DNA of 64,000 bases from Minisyncoccota bacterium (GCA_029881675.1 JAOUMD010000001.1:2930-66929), one strand, 5' to 3'; positions 43,211-53,413 are shown, counted from the stretch's first letter. A program made the numbers and translations. The notes: a model not told the origin generated them from the sequence alone.

Positions 43211-44984
43211 AATATTTAAAACACTATTCACTTTAATATTAATAGCTTCTGCTTTTTTTATTTTTAAAGGTGATACCTTAGCTGCCTGTGGTGATGCTGC
43301 TTTTTGTGATGCTGCTCCAGGAGAGTGTTCAACTACTTCTAACGGTGGCCAAACAATTGTTATTGGATCATTTCAAACTGTGACAAGAGAATGTAGTGAG
43401 CTACAAAATTGTGATTACTGTACTTCTCAAGATTTACAAGATAACCCCTACTGTCAACCGGTCTGTACAACAGTGACAGAATGTCAAGATTCAGAAGGAA
43501 ATGATTTGCCAAGTGATACCGTTGTTACTACCACTTGTACCGACACCATCTGGGAAACTTGCTGTACTCCTGGGACACCTGCCGGAACTTGTGGAGACAA
43601 CATCTGTGAAGGAACTGAAACTTGTAGCTCTTGTGAATCTGATTGTGGAGCCTGTCTAGTACAGTGGTGTGGAGATGGCTCATGTAATGCTGGAGAAACT
43701 TGTGACAGTTGCGCTGCTGACTGTGGATCATGTAATTTCTGTGGAAATAATTCATGTGATGGTGGTGAAGATTGTAATAATTGTGCTGCTGACTGTGGTG
43801 CCTGTGCAGGTGGAAGTTGTGGAGATGGTTCATGTAACAATGGAGAATGGTGTGGAGACTGTCCAGGTGACTGTGGAACCTGTACCTCTTGTGGTGATGG
43901 TTCATGTAATGGTGGTGAAACTTGTGGAACATGCTCTACCGACTGTGGAGCTTGTGTAAGCTGTGGTGACGGTTCATGTAATGGTAGTGAGAACTGTGGT
44001 ACTTGTGCTACAGACTGTGGTAGCTGTGCTGACCCATCGTTCTGTGGAGATACAACCTGTGATGCCTTTGAGACTTGTGATACCTGTGAATCTGACTGTG
44101 GTGCCTGTGCGGAAAATGCAGCATGGTTCCAAATTAGTGCTGGACATGTCGGTAGTGCAAATGCAGGAGATGCTTCAGTAGCTATTCAAAGTGATATTAC
44201 CGATACAGCAGATTGTGTTGCTCCTGCTTGTGTTAGATCTTTATCTAGAACTGACTTAAATAATACTGCTTTAACTGACGGCTTTGCTGTTGTAGGTAGC
44301 GGAACAATTGATGCTAATGGTGGAATCAGTGAGCGTGATCAGAACACATATTCATCAAATACAACTAAGTCTAGATACCAAGAAAACTACGAATTCTTTT
44401 ATAGAAATTCTGGTTTAGCTGCAAATCCAACTGGTGACTTTACTGGATCAGAAACTGATGCTCAAAAACCAACATATAATGCTAATGATATTGTTTACTT
44501 CCAAAGTGGAGATCTCACTATTCAATCACCATGGAGTGTTGCTTCAGGTGAAACTTATGTAGTCTTTGTTGATGGTAATTTAACACTCACTGACGGAGAT
44601 GGTGCAAGTGACCAATTAATTGATGTAGCAGATGGTGGTTTCTTAGCCTTTATCGTCAGCGGAAATATAATAGTTAATGAACAACTTGGTAACTCAACCC
44701 TAGCCAGTACAACTTCAAATGTAGAAGGTGTCTATATTGCTGATGGTACGCTAACTATTGAGTCTAGAGGTACTGCAGGTGGAGGAGATGATCGCTTTGT
44801 CGGAGAAGGTGTATTTGTCGGCTGGACTGGAGTTAACTTAAATCGTGACTTTAGTGATGGTAGTACTAGATCTTTAGAAAATAATGATAAAGCTGTAGAA
44901 CTATTTGTCTACCGCCCAGATCTACTGGTTAATATGCCAGACATCATGCTTGTCCCAATTAGGATCTGGCAAGAAACTAACTAG
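43197..44984 (+). CDS. Secreted cysteine-rich-repeat protein with a C-terminal beta-helix/adhesin-like region
   Basis: Signal/TM 'LFTLILIASAFFIF', then about eight tandem copies of a roughly 22-aa unit 'CGDGSCN.GE.C..C..DCG.C' (for example CGDGSCNAGETCDSCAADCGSC; CGDGSCNGGETCGTCSTDCGAC). The C-terminus has repetitive beta-strand-like 'GDLTIQS...GNLTLTDGDG...VSGNIIVN' segments. Confidence 0.75.
   Translation: MKLTKIFKTLFTLILIASAFFIFKGDTLAACGDAAFCDAAPGECSTTSNGGQTIVIGSFQTVTRECSELQNCDYCTSQDLQDNPYCQPVCTTVTECQDSEGNDLPSDTVVTTTCTDTIWETCCTPGTPAGTCGDNICEGTETCSSCESDCGACLVQWCGDGSCNAGETCDSCAADCGSCNFCGNNSCDGGEDCNNCAADCGACAGGSCGDGSCNNGEWCGDCPGDCGTCTSCGDGSCNGGETCGTCSTDCGACVSCGDGSCNGSENCGTCATDCGSCADPSFCGDTTCDAFETCDTCESDCGACAENAAWFQISAGHVGSANAGDASVAIQSDITDTADCVAPACVRSLSRTDLNNTALTDGFAVVGSGTIDANGGISERDQNTYSSNTTKSRYQENYEFFYRNSGLAANPTGDFTGSETDAQKPTYNANDIVYFQSGDLTIQSPWSVASGETYVVFVDGNLTLTDGDGASDQLIDVADGGFLAFIVSGNIIVNEQLGNSTLASTTSNVEGVYIADGTLTIESRGTAGGGDDRFVGEGVFVGWTGVNLNRDFSDGSTRSLENNDKAVELFVYRPDLLVNMPDIMLVPIRIWQETN
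43560..44110 (+). repeat. Coding tandem repeat, period about 66 bp (22 codons), about eight copies, inside the Cys-rich protein gene
   Basis: Repeating 'tgtgg(a/t)ga(t/c)gg(c/t)tcatgtaa...gactgtgg...tgt' units. The His-rich overlapping ORFs on both strands in this interval are alternate-frame artefacts of the repeat. Confidence 0.8.
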
Positions 44985-45026
44985 AACCTGTTATAATAAA
45001 ATTATCAAAAGTATCTAAAGGAACAT

Positions 45027-45611
45027 ATGGAATTCTTATTCCCAATCATTGTAGTAGCCGGACTTCTATTTTATGTCGTCTCAATCTATAACACACTTCA
45101 ACAATTAAAAACTCAAATAGTTGCTTCAATCCAAGAGATTGGAAATCAATTAAAGAGACAAGCATCATTAATCCCTAATTTAGAGTCAGCAACAAAAGGT
45201 CATCTCAAACATGAAAAAGAAATCTTTAAAATGTTAACTGATGCCAGAAAGAAAATTGCTAAAGCTGAGAAATCAGGCTCTAGTGAAGACATTGAAAGTG
45301 CAATTGAATCAGTTCAATCAATGGTGCCAAGTTTCAACATTGCAGTTGAATCTAACCCTGAGTTAAAAGCAGATAAGACCATCTCAAAATTTATGAATGA
45401 ACTAACTGATACTGCTGATAAGTTAATGTATGCCCGTAGAAGTGTGATTGATCTTTCTCAAGCTTACAATGTTAAGTTGGTTACATTCCCAACTAATGTA
45501 ATTGCAAATACCTTTGGCTTTACCAAAGAAAAAGGTTTAGAAACAGCAATGACAGGCAGTCACGTTGAAGTCTCATCAGATGAGATGAAAGATGTTAAAG
45601 TAGACCTTTAA
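45027..45611 (+). CDS. LemA family protein
   Basis: N-terminal TM, then 'YNTLQQLKTQIVASIQEIGNQLKRQASLIPNLESATKGHLKHEKEI', the canonical LemA core. Confidence 0.8.
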   Translation: MEFLFPIIVVAGLLFYVVSIYNTLQQLKTQIVASIQEIGNQLKRQASLIPNLESATKGHLKHEKEIFKMLTDARKKIAKAEKSGSSEDIESAIESVQSMVPSFNIAVESNPELKADKTISKFMNELTDTADKLMYARRSVIDLSQAYNVKLVTFPTNVIANTFGFTKEKGLETAMTGSHVEVSSDEMKDVKVDL

Positions 45612-45620
45612 AGTTACTTT

Positions 45621-46535
45621 ATGACCCATTACCAAACGATTCAATCTAACAAGAATAAGTCATTGTTAATAATGACTTTGTTTATCACCTTCATTGTCGG
45701 AGCTAGCTATATTATGGCTAAAGGACTTGGCTATGGACTTGATATTGTCGGTATCGCTTTGATCGTCTCTGGAGTTACTTCATTCTTCTCTTACTACTAC
45801 TCAGACAAAATCATCCTCACTATTAGTGGAGCTAGAGAAGCCAAAAGAAAAGAGTTTTTTGACTTCTATACAGTCACAGAAAACCTCTGTCTATCTAGCA
45901 GATTACCAAAACCAAAACTGTATGTCATTGATGACACTGCTATGAATGCTTTTGCCACAGGTAGAGATCCTGAGCATGCCGTGGTCTGTTGTACAACTGG
46001 ACTTCTCAAAAGACTCAATCGTTCTGAAATTGAAGCTGTGGTAGCTCATGAACTTTCTCATGTAAAAAATTATGATATTAGACTGATGTCTATTGTCACG
46101 ATCTTAGTTGGACTAATTGCACTTCTTTCAGATTGGATGTTAAGAATGACGTTTTATGGCAGAGGCAGAAAAAGAAGTAGTGATAGAAATGATGGTCAAA
46201 TACAAATGATTATGTTTGTTATTGGTATTATTTTAGCCATTCTTTCACCAATCATTGCCCAGCTTATCCAATTAGCTATCTCACGCAGAAGAGAATACTT
46301 TGCTGATGCTAGTGCAGTTGGCATGACCAAGAATCCACAGGGGTTAATTAAAGCTTTAGAAAAGATTAGTCATGATAAGGAACCTCTGGAAGCTGCAAAT
46401 AAAGCAACTGCTCATCTATACATCTCAAACCCACTCAAGAATACTCATAATGCCATTGGCTTCTTCTCTGGAATGTTCCAAACACATCCCCCCGTAAAAG
46501 AAAGAATTTCTGCCCTTAGGAAACTAACTTCATAA
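45621..46535 (+). CDS. htpX: HtpX-like M48 zinc metalloprotease
   Basis: 'AVVAHELSHVKNYD' (H-E-x-x-H) between TM segments, plus 'EYFADASAVGMT'. Classic LemA-HtpX pairing. Confidence 0.8.
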   Translation: MTHYQTIQSNKNKSLLIMTLFITFIVGASYIMAKGLGYGLDIVGIALIVSGVTSFFSYYYSDKIILTISGAREAKRKEFFDFYTVTENLCLSSRLPKPKLYVIDDTAMNAFATGRDPEHAVVCCTTGLLKRLNRSEIEAVVAHELSHVKNYDIRLMSIVTILVGLIALLSDWMLRMTFYGRGRKRSSDRNDGQIQMIMFVIGIILAILSPIIAQLIQLAISRRREYFADASAVGMTKNPQGLIKALEKISHDKEPLEAANKATAHLYISNPLKNTHNAIGFFSGMFQTHPPVKERISALRKLTS

Positions 46536-46647
46536 TTAACTTTATCTTGTGATATCATATAAGAACTGTGAAACTCACTCTATTAATTAACCAGCAAAAT
46601 CAACAAGCCAACTAAACTAGGGGCTTTGATTTTCTGTAAAGTTACAA

Positions 46648-46672
46648 GCCCCCTTTAAAGGGGTCTTTTTAT
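46648..46672 (+). terminator. Rho-independent terminator
   Basis: GCCCCCUUUAAAGGGGUC hairpin followed by UUUUUAUU. Confidence 0.6.
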
Positions 46673-46679
46673 TAAAACT

Positions 46680-46982
46680 ATGTTAAACAAAATTACCAAA
46701 CAACAAGTACATCACGTAGCCAAATTAGCTAATATTCCTATCGATGATAGTGAAGCAGAAAAGCTAGCGACTGGCTTTAGAGAAACACTAGAAACAATTA
46801 CTGATCTTCAGTCAGTTGATGTTAGTGGAGTTGAGCCAACTCATCAGGTCACTGGGATGGAGAATATCCTCAGAGAAGATAAAGTAGATGACTCTCGCAC
46901 TTTCACTCAAGAACAAGCTCTTGCCAATGCAAAGCAAACCCATCAAGGATTCTTTGTAGTACCAAGACTTATCAAAAAATAA
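46680..46982 (+). CDS. gatC: Glutamyl/aspartyl-tRNA amidotransferase subunit C
   Basis: 100-aa protein 'ITKQQVHHVAKLANIPIDDSEAEKLATGF...LQSVDVSGVEPT', immediately upstream of gatA/gatB. Confidence 0.8.
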   Translation: MLNKITKQQVHHVAKLANIPIDDSEAEKLATGFRETLETITDLQSVDVSGVEPTHQVTGMENILREDKVDDSRTFTQEQALANAKQTHQGFFVVPRLIKK

Positions 46983-46993
46983 TAAAGATAATT

Positions 46994-48367
46994 ATGCTTA
47001 ACACACTTACCCTCAAACAGGCCTTAGATAAACTAGATAAAAAGGAAGTTACTCTCAGTGAGATTAACTCCGATATAAATAAAGCCATTAAAGAAAAAAA
47101 TGAAGAACTAAATGTCTATCTAACTCTCAATGATATAGCGGTCACAAACACTGAAGAAAAAAGTTCATTAGCTGGTCTTCCTATAGCTGTCAAAGATAAC
47201 TATTGTACAAGAGACTTAAGAACAACTGCTTCTTCTACAGTCCTTGATAACTTTGTCCCTCAATATGATTCTACTGTAATCAAAAATCTCAGAAAAGCTG
47301 GAGGCCATATAATTGGTAAAACAAATCTTGATGCTTGGGCACATGGTTCTTCTACAGAAACTTCACAGTATGGTAGAACTCTAAACCCAAGAAATACTGG
47401 TCATTTGCCAGGAGGTTCTTCTGGTGGAAGTGCTGCCGCTGTAGCTGCTGATCTTTGTATAGCCTCACTTGGTACAGAAACTGCTGGTTCCATTAGACAG
47501 CCTTCTAGCTGGTGTGGAGTTGTTGGTCTTAAACCTACTTATGGTCGTTGTTCTCGTTATGGTGTAATTGCGATGGCTTCATCCACTGATAGCCCTGGAC
47601 CAATTACAAAAACTGTCGAAGATGCTGCAATCATGCTTAATCATATTGCTGGTCATGATCAATATGACGGTACTACTACTACAAAAGAAGTTCCTGACTT
47701 TACAAGCTTTTTAGATCAAGATCTTAAAGGAATGAAAATTGGTGTTGTTTATACAAACATTGAAGGACTAGAAGAAATAAAAGATACATTCTTAGAACAG
47801 ATTAAAGTCTTTGAAAAATTAGGTGCAACTGTCGAGATAGTAGAAGCAATGGACCCTCATCATGCAATTGGTGTTTATACCATCATTCAGCGTGGTGAAG
47901 TCTCAAGTAATCTTGGCCGTTTTGATGGCATTAGATATGGAAACGACCGTTCTTTCTTTGGTCATGAAGCAAAAAATAGAATCATGCTGGGTACCTACAC
48001 TTTATCTAAAGGTTATGCCGACCAATACTATAATACAGCCCAGAAAGTCAGAACACTTTTTATCAAAGACTATAAAAAATTATTCAAAGAGTATGATGTC
48101 CTCATCAGCCCAACTTCACCAGGATTTGCTAAAAAAATTGGTGTCTCAGAAAGCTCTGCCATGTTTGGAGAACTTGAAGACATGCTGTTAGAGCCTAGCT
48201 CAATTGCAGGTCTACCGGGTATCTCTGTCCCATGTTACCGTGATCAGGAAACAAATCTATATTTAGGTTTAAACATTGTTGCCCCAATGTTTAGAGAAGA
48301 TTTGGTAATTAAAGCTGGTGATGCTTTTGAAAAAAATACTAAGTGGAATAGTTGGAGGAATAAATAA
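46994..48367 (+). CDS. gatA: Glutamyl/aspartyl-tRNA amidotransferase subunit A (amidase)
   Basis: Amidase signature 'GGSSGGSAAAVAADLCIASLGTETAGSIRQPSSWCGVVGLKPTYGRCSRYG'. Confidence 0.9.
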   Translation: MLNTLTLKQALDKLDKKEVTLSEINSDINKAIKEKNEELNVYLTLNDIAVTNTEEKSSLAGLPIAVKDNYCTRDLRTTASSTVLDNFVPQYDSTVIKNLRKAGGHIIGKTNLDAWAHGSSTETSQYGRTLNPRNTGHLPGGSSGGSAAAVAADLCIASLGTETAGSIRQPSSWCGVVGLKPTYGRCSRYGVIAMASSTDSPGPITKTVEDAAIMLNHIAGHDQYDGTTTTKEVPDFTSFLDQDLKGMKIGVVYTNIEGLEEIKDTFLEQIKVFEKLGATVEIVEAMDPHHAIGVYTIIQRGEVSSNLGRFDGIRYGNDRSFFGHEAKNRIMLGTYTLSKGYADQYYNTAQKVRTLFIKDYKKLFKEYDVLISPTSPGFAKKIGVSESSAMFGELEDMLLEPSSIAGLPGISVPCYRDQETNLYLGLNIVAPMFREDLVIKAGDAFEKNTKWNSWRNK

Positions 48368-49704
48368 TGTCAGAATCATGTAAATACCACCTAGTTTGTG
48401 GCATGGAAGTTCATGCAGAGCTTAAAACTAATTCTAAAATGTTCTGTGGTTGTAAAAACGACCCATTTGGAGCAGAAAAACCAAATTCTCATACCTGCCC
48501 TGTCTGTCTTGGAATGCCTGGAGCATTACCTGTAGCAAATAAAAAAGCAATTGAATGGACAATCAAATTAGGATTAGCTTTAAATTGTAAAATAAACTTA
48601 TTCTCAAAATTTGATCGTAAAAACTACTTCTATCCTGATCTTCCTAAAGCATATCAGATTAGTCAGTATGACATTCCCTTCTGTTATGAAGGGGTCATTG
48701 AAACTTCTCATGGACCAATTAGAATCACTCGTATTCACTTAGAAGAAGATACTGGTAAATTGTTACACAAAGAAATTAAGGGAGAAGATGTTAGTTTAAT
48801 TGACTATAACCGTTCTAGTGTGCCTTTAATTGAAATTGTAACTGAGCCAGATATTAAATCACCAGAACAAGCTGAAGAATACGGACGTGCACTACGTGAC
48901 ATCATTCGCTATTTAGACATTGGTAACTGTGATATGGAACAAGGTGGAATGCGTCTTGAAGCTAATATCTCTCTACAAGAGAACGGTAAAGAAGGTCTAC
49001 CAAACTATAAAACGGAAGTTAAAAATATTAACTCATTTAAATTTGCTAAACAAGCTATTGAATTTGAAATGGAAAGACAGGAAGAGATTCTTGAGGAAGG
49101 GAATATCCCAAAGCAAGAAACTCGTGGCTGGGATGCAAAAAAATCAGTGACATTCTCACAGAGAACAAAAGAAGATGCAGAAGATTACAGATACTTCCCA
49201 GATCCTGACTTACCACCAATTAGATTCACTACTGAACAAATTGAAAAAATTAGAAAAGATATTCCTAAGCTTCCACATGTCTTGGTCAAAGAATGGAAAG
49301 AAAACTATGGCGTTGAGGAAAGATACTCATCTATATTATTTAACTCACCATCAGAAGCAAAGTGGCTTGAAGAGTTATTTGTTCTTTCTAAAAAAGAAGG
49401 GTTAAAAGCAAATAAGCTAGTAGGTGCAATGGTCAACAAAAATGTAAAATATAATTTTACAGACAAAGTAGAATCAGTAATCAATGAATTTAAGAAATTA
49501 AATAAAACTGATGATGTTTCTGATGATGATTTAATAAAAATCATTGATAATGTCATTAAAGCAAATGCTGATACTGTTGCAAGATATAAAGCTGGAGAAA
49601 AACAACTAATCAATTTCTTCTTTGGTCAAACCATGAAAGCTCTTGGTAAAAAGGTTGATGGTGGTCTCTTAAGAAAACTTCTTACCCAGCAGCTAGATAA
49701 ATAA
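48367..49704 (+). CDS. gatB: Glutamyl/aspartyl-tRNA amidotransferase subunit B
   Basis: 'YHLVCGMEVHAELKTNSKMFCGC...PVCLGMPGALPVAN' GatB N-terminus. Start overlaps the gatA stop. Confidence 0.9.
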   Translation: MSESCKYHLVCGMEVHAELKTNSKMFCGCKNDPFGAEKPNSHTCPVCLGMPGALPVANKKAIEWTIKLGLALNCKINLFSKFDRKNYFYPDLPKAYQISQYDIPFCYEGVIETSHGPIRITRIHLEEDTGKLLHKEIKGEDVSLIDYNRSSVPLIEIVTEPDIKSPEQAEEYGRALRDIIRYLDIGNCDMEQGGMRLEANISLQENGKEGLPNYKTEVKNINSFKFAKQAIEFEMERQEEILEEGNIPKQETRGWDAKKSVTFSQRTKEDAEDYRYFPDPDLPPIRFTTEQIEKIRKDIPKLPHVLVKEWKENYGVEERYSSILFNSPSEAKWLEELFVLSKKEGLKANKLVGAMVNKNVKYNFTDKVESVINEFKKLNKTDDVSDDDLIKIIDNVIKANADTVARYKAGEKQLINFFFGQTMKALGKKVDGGLLRKLLTQQLDK

Positions 49705-49741
49705 ATATATCTTAAATTAAATAATTTTATTTATAGTTGTT

Positions 49742-50779
49742 TTACTCAAAGACTTCTTGTGCTGGAAAGAACATTGTTTCTTGAATTGATTTTGTATTGG
49801 CAAATAACATTACCAACCTATCAACTCCAACAGCAATACCACCTGATGGAGGAAGTCCTTCTTTTAGTGCATCGAGATAGTCCTCATCCATACCGTAATC
49901 AGTCTTGCCTAATTCTTTTCTGAGTTGTAAATCTTCTCTAAATTTTTCTTCCTGAACCTTTGGATCATTTTCTTCACTAAATGCATTACCTAATTCATAT
50001 CCACCTAAGTAAAACTCAAACCTCTGGGCAAATCTTGGATCAGATTGTTTCTTTTTTGAATATGCAGCCTGACTAGCAGGGTAGTCATATAAAATAACAG
50101 GAACATCATAATTTACTAACTGTGATTCAATTAAATTAAGAAACAGCTGGTTATATACTTCTTCCCAGGTAGTCTTATCATCTACTTGATATCCTTCTTG
50201 CTTAGCTCTCTCAATCATCTTATTTCTATCTAACAACCCATCAATATCAACCCCTACCCACTTCTCAAAAGCCTCAGCCACACTGATCTTTACCCAATCT
50301 TTACTTAAATCATACTTCTTACCTTGGTACTCTAAAATATCACTTCCATTTACTCTCTTAGAAAGGGACAGCATTAGATCCTGGCAATCCTGCATAATCT
50401 CTTCATAACTTGCATTACTTCGATACCATTCTAGAATTGTAAATTCAGGATTATGTCTTGAGCTAATTCCCTCACCATTTCTAAAACTTTTACAAACTTG
50501 AAATATATTTTCAAAACCAGCTACAAGTAACTTCTTCATAGCAAACTCAGGGCTAGTTAACATGAAGGCTTGCTGTCTTTTACCATTAGCCCATTTAAGT
50601 TCTGTTTCAAATACTTCAAGGAATGGTTCAGTACCTGGGTACTTAACCATCATTGGAGTTTCTACTTCATGAAAATCATTTGACTTAAAAAAGTCACGGA
50701 TACCATCAATTACTTTTTCACGGATGAGAAATTGTTCTTTTAAATCAGGGTTTTGCTTAATCTTTTTCCAGTTTTTCAT
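49742..50779 (-). CDS. epmA: EF-P--(R)-beta-lysine ligase EpmA (PoxA/GenX)-like, a truncated class II lysyl-tRNA-synthetase paralog without an anticodon-binding domain
   Basis: 'HEVETPMMV', 'MLTSPEFAMKKLLVAGFENIFQVCKSFRNGEGISSRHNPEFTILEWYR', 'RFEFYLGGYELGNAFSE' and 'GIAVGVDRLVMLF' are class II LysRS/EpmA motifs 1-3. Only 345 aa. Confidence 0.65.
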   Translation of the reverse strand: MKNWKKIKQNPDLKEQFLIREKVIDGIRDFFKSNDFHEVETPMMVKYPGTEPFLEVFETELKWANGKRQQAFMLTSPEFAMKKLLVAGFENIFQVCKSFRNGEGISSRHNPEFTILEWYRSNASYEEIMQDCQDLMLSLSKRVNGSDILEYQGKKYDLSKDWVKISVAEAFEKWVGVDIDGLLDRNKMIERAKQEGYQVDDKTTWEEVYNQLFLNLIESQLVNYDVPVILYDYPASQAAYSKKKQSDPRFAQRFEFYLGGYELGNAFSEENDPKVQEEKFREDLQLRKELGKTDYGMDEDYLDALKEGLPPSGGIAVGVDRLVMLFANTKSIQETMFFPAQEVFE

Positions 50780-50851
50780 TAGATGTATTATATGCTATGT
50801 TTTGATTTAGACAAAATACCTTAAAACATATTATATTAATTATTTTTATAC

Positions 50852-52066
50852 ATGAAAGATAAACCAAAAATTCTTGAGATTACATTGGGTAAATCTAAAA
50901 TTAAGGATAATAATATTCTTCACTTAAAAAATAATTATATTCTCAAACAATATAATCTTAGACTGAATGAAAACATTCAAACCCAAGCAGATCAACTTAT
51001 TGAAAATCTTAATTATAAGCCTGATGGGATTATTGCCTTTAATGAAAATACCACTTTGTTTGCCAGCTTCATTATAAAAAAATTAAATCTATTTGGTCCA
51101 AAACATTCCTCCCTGATTGAAATTCAAAATAAGGAAAGTTTCGCAAATAAATTAAAGGACAAAGTATATTTACCTCAAACAAATATTGTCAGCAAAGAAA
51201 ATATAGATGAACTAAAAAAACTAAATTATCCAATTTTTATTAAACCAACCAAAGGTGCATTCTCACATGGAGCGTTAAAAATTAATAAAAAAAGTAACTC
51301 TAAAAAAATTATTCTAGATGCAATAGATGCTATTAAAATTAACAATTTTGATAAATCATCAAATTCACTTTCTTTAAAAAAATTCATTGTACAACCATTT
51401 ATTAACCAAAGACAATTTACACTAGATGGCTTTATTTTCAAAAGTAAAATATTCATTTTGGGCATTACAGAATCTATCTATGATGAGAAGCGACAAAGCT
51501 TCATTAGATTTGACTTTCCAATTATTTTCAAAAGTGAAATTAACTTAAAATTAAAAAATATCATGGAGGATATTTTTCAACAATTCTCATTTGATAATAG
51601 TTTTTTTAATTTAGAATTTTTTCTAACTAACACGGATGAAATAAAAGTCATTGAGGTTAATACAAGGCCTTCGATTAGTTTTAAAAACTTTTTTGACTCA
51701 AAGTATAAACAAGGAATTATAGAAATGATGATTTTGCTCTCACTTGGACTAAAACCTTCTTTAGAACTAAAAGACAATAAGGTTATTGGTAAAAGTTTTA
51801 TCTTAAGAAAATATCAGGACTGTCTAATTAAAAGGAAACCAAAAAATAACGAAATCAATAATATAAATAGTTTAAATCCATTTACTAAAGTAAGAATTTT
51901 TGTCAAAGAAAATGAAAGATTATCTCAACTAAAACAAGATTCATATTCATTCAGATATGGACTAATCGATATATGTGGAGAAACTGACAATGAAATATTT
52001 TCAAGATTTAAAAAAATAAAAAATGAACTAGATAAACTAATTAATTTTTCCCCAGTTTCTGATTAA
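50852..52066 (+). CDS. ATP-grasp-fold protein (hypothetical ligase)
   Basis: 'YPIFIKPTKGAFSHGALKINKK' ATP-grasp-like loop and a C-terminal 'IEVNTRPS'. 404 aa. Overlaps pgi by 26 nt (convergent). Confidence 0.4.
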   Translation: MKDKPKILEITLGKSKIKDNNILHLKNNYILKQYNLRLNENIQTQADQLIENLNYKPDGIIAFNENTTLFASFIIKKLNLFGPKHSSLIEIQNKESFANKLKDKVYLPQTNIVSKENIDELKKLNYPIFIKPTKGAFSHGALKINKKSNSKKIILDAIDAIKINNFDKSSNSLSLKKFIVQPFINQRQFTLDGFIFKSKIFILGITESIYDEKRQSFIRFDFPIIFKSEINLKLKNIMEDIFQQFSFDNSFFNLEFFLTNTDEIKVIEVNTRPSISFKNFFDSKYKQGIIEMMILLSLGLKPSLELKDNKVIGKSFILRKYQDCLIKRKPKNNEINNINSLNPFTKVRIFVKENERLSQLKQDSYSFRYGLIDICGETDNEIFSRFKKIKNELDKLINFSPVSD

Positions 52067-53306
52067 TCAAAATCTTACCACTCTCTACACCAGGTTGATC
52101 AAATGCATTAACTTCTAACATTTCAGCAAGATAAACTACAGCTAGTTCAAAAAGCATAAATAATTCACCTAAAGCGTATGGAGTTAACTCTTCAACACTA
52201 AGCATTGCCGTAGGACGACCTTCATCATAAATAGACTGAGCAGTTGCATCAGCTTCAATATTTACAATAGTATTAAAGTCATTACCTTCTAAATACTCTG
52301 CTTCAGGGACATCAATTCCCTTGAGAGTAAAGTTAGTCTTTCGATTCTTTATCTTCACAAACAGTATTGACTGGAGAGGAGAGCCTTGGTTATAAAACTG
52401 AACTTGTGAATGTTGGTCTGCAGGACCCCAAGCTTTTATAGGAAGAATACCTTTACCATCTTTTCCTAAAGACTCTGCCCAAAGTTGTCTAAACCAGCGA
52501 GCAAACTCTTGCAGTTGTACAGAATAGGTCATCATTACAGAGACTTTGACTCCTTGTTGATATAGCTCATATTGGCTACGAGCTAACTTTTGTGCAACCT
52601 TTCTAGTTTCTACATTAGTGGCAAAGTTTAATGCCCCAGTGACTAAGTCTTTAATATCTACACCAGCTGCAAGGGCAGGCAATAGTCCAACAGGAGTTAA
52701 AACACTAAATCTTCCACCGACACCTTCAGGAACGGGGAGTGTAATAACATTATGTCTCCCTGCTTCATCCTTTAAAATACCTTTGACACTACTGGTTGTA
52801 AAGACAAAGTGCTTTGCCCAGTTACTAGCTACTTTCTTTGCTTGTGATTTATAAAAGACATAAGTGGAAAGTGGTTCTAGTGTTCCACCTGATTTTGAAA
52901 CAACATTAAAAACAGTTTTCTTGATATCTATTTGATCTAATATTCTTTGAAAGGCAACTGGGTCTGTTGAGTCTCCAGCAAAGAGTACCTTCATTTGATT
53001 ACTCTTCTTATAAAAAGCTTCAACAATAGTTCTACCACCTAGGTCAGAACCACCGATACCAATTACAACCATGTATTCAGCCCACTTTAAATTTTCATAG
53101 ACATTTTGGACTGACTTAATATATGAATCTTCCTTAAGTACTTCGATAAAGTCATACTGAGCAACAGCGATATTTTCTTCAATCTTGTCGATGCTTTTTC
53201 TGAGATGATTAGATTCAACCTTAACTATTTCATTAGCAATTAAATGACCTAAGTTCTTATTTTCATATAAATACTTAGTATCAAGAGAAAGTAAAGTGTT
53301 TTTCAT
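52041..53306 (-). CDS. pgi: Glucose-6-phosphate isomerase (short form)
   Basis: 'VVIGIGGSDLGGRTIVEAF' PGI signature 1, plus 'GGRFSVLTPVGLLP'. 421 aa. Confidence 0.8.
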   Translation of the reverse strand: MKNTLLSLDTKYLYENKNLGHLIANEIVKVESNHLRKSIDKIEENIAVAQYDFIEVLKEDSYIKSVQNVYENLKWAEYMVVIGIGGSDLGGRTIVEAFYKKSNQMKVLFAGDSTDPVAFQRILDQIDIKKTVFNVVSKSGGTLEPLSTYVFYKSQAKKVASNWAKHFVFTTSSVKGILKDEAGRHNVITLPVPEGVGGRFSVLTPVGLLPALAAGVDIKDLVTGALNFATNVETRKVAQKLARSQYELYQQGVKVSVMMTYSVQLQEFARWFRQLWAESLGKDGKGILPIKAWGPADQHSQVQFYNQGSPLQSILFVKIKNRKTNFTLKGIDVPEAEYLEGNDFNTIVNIEADATAQSIYDEGRPTAMLSVEELTPYALGELFMLFELAVVYLAEMLEVNAFDQPGVESGKILINQKLGKN

Positions 53307-53413
53307 ACGTTTTTATCCTAGCCTAAAGAAGGTGGGCTGTCCACTCATATAAGCAGAACTAAACAGATCATTACTCCCTAGTCACCAGATGATTTTTTAG
53401 ATAAAATGAAGAA

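Noticed and set aside
43560-44110. Tandem repeat considered as a possible CRISPR array.
   Set aside because: The repeats are contiguous, with no unique spacers, and sit in frame within a long ORF encoding Cys-rich protein repeats. No cas genes nearby.
43484-44181. Four overlapping ORFs (43484-43840 minus, 43528-43932 minus, 43669-43959 plus, 43963-44181 plus) encoding His-, Gln- and Val-rich low-complexity proteins.
   Set aside because: They lie entirely within the 66-bp tandem repeat of the Cys-rich protein gene. Repetitive TGT/GGT/GAC codons produce stop-free alternate frames. No independent start or RBS context.
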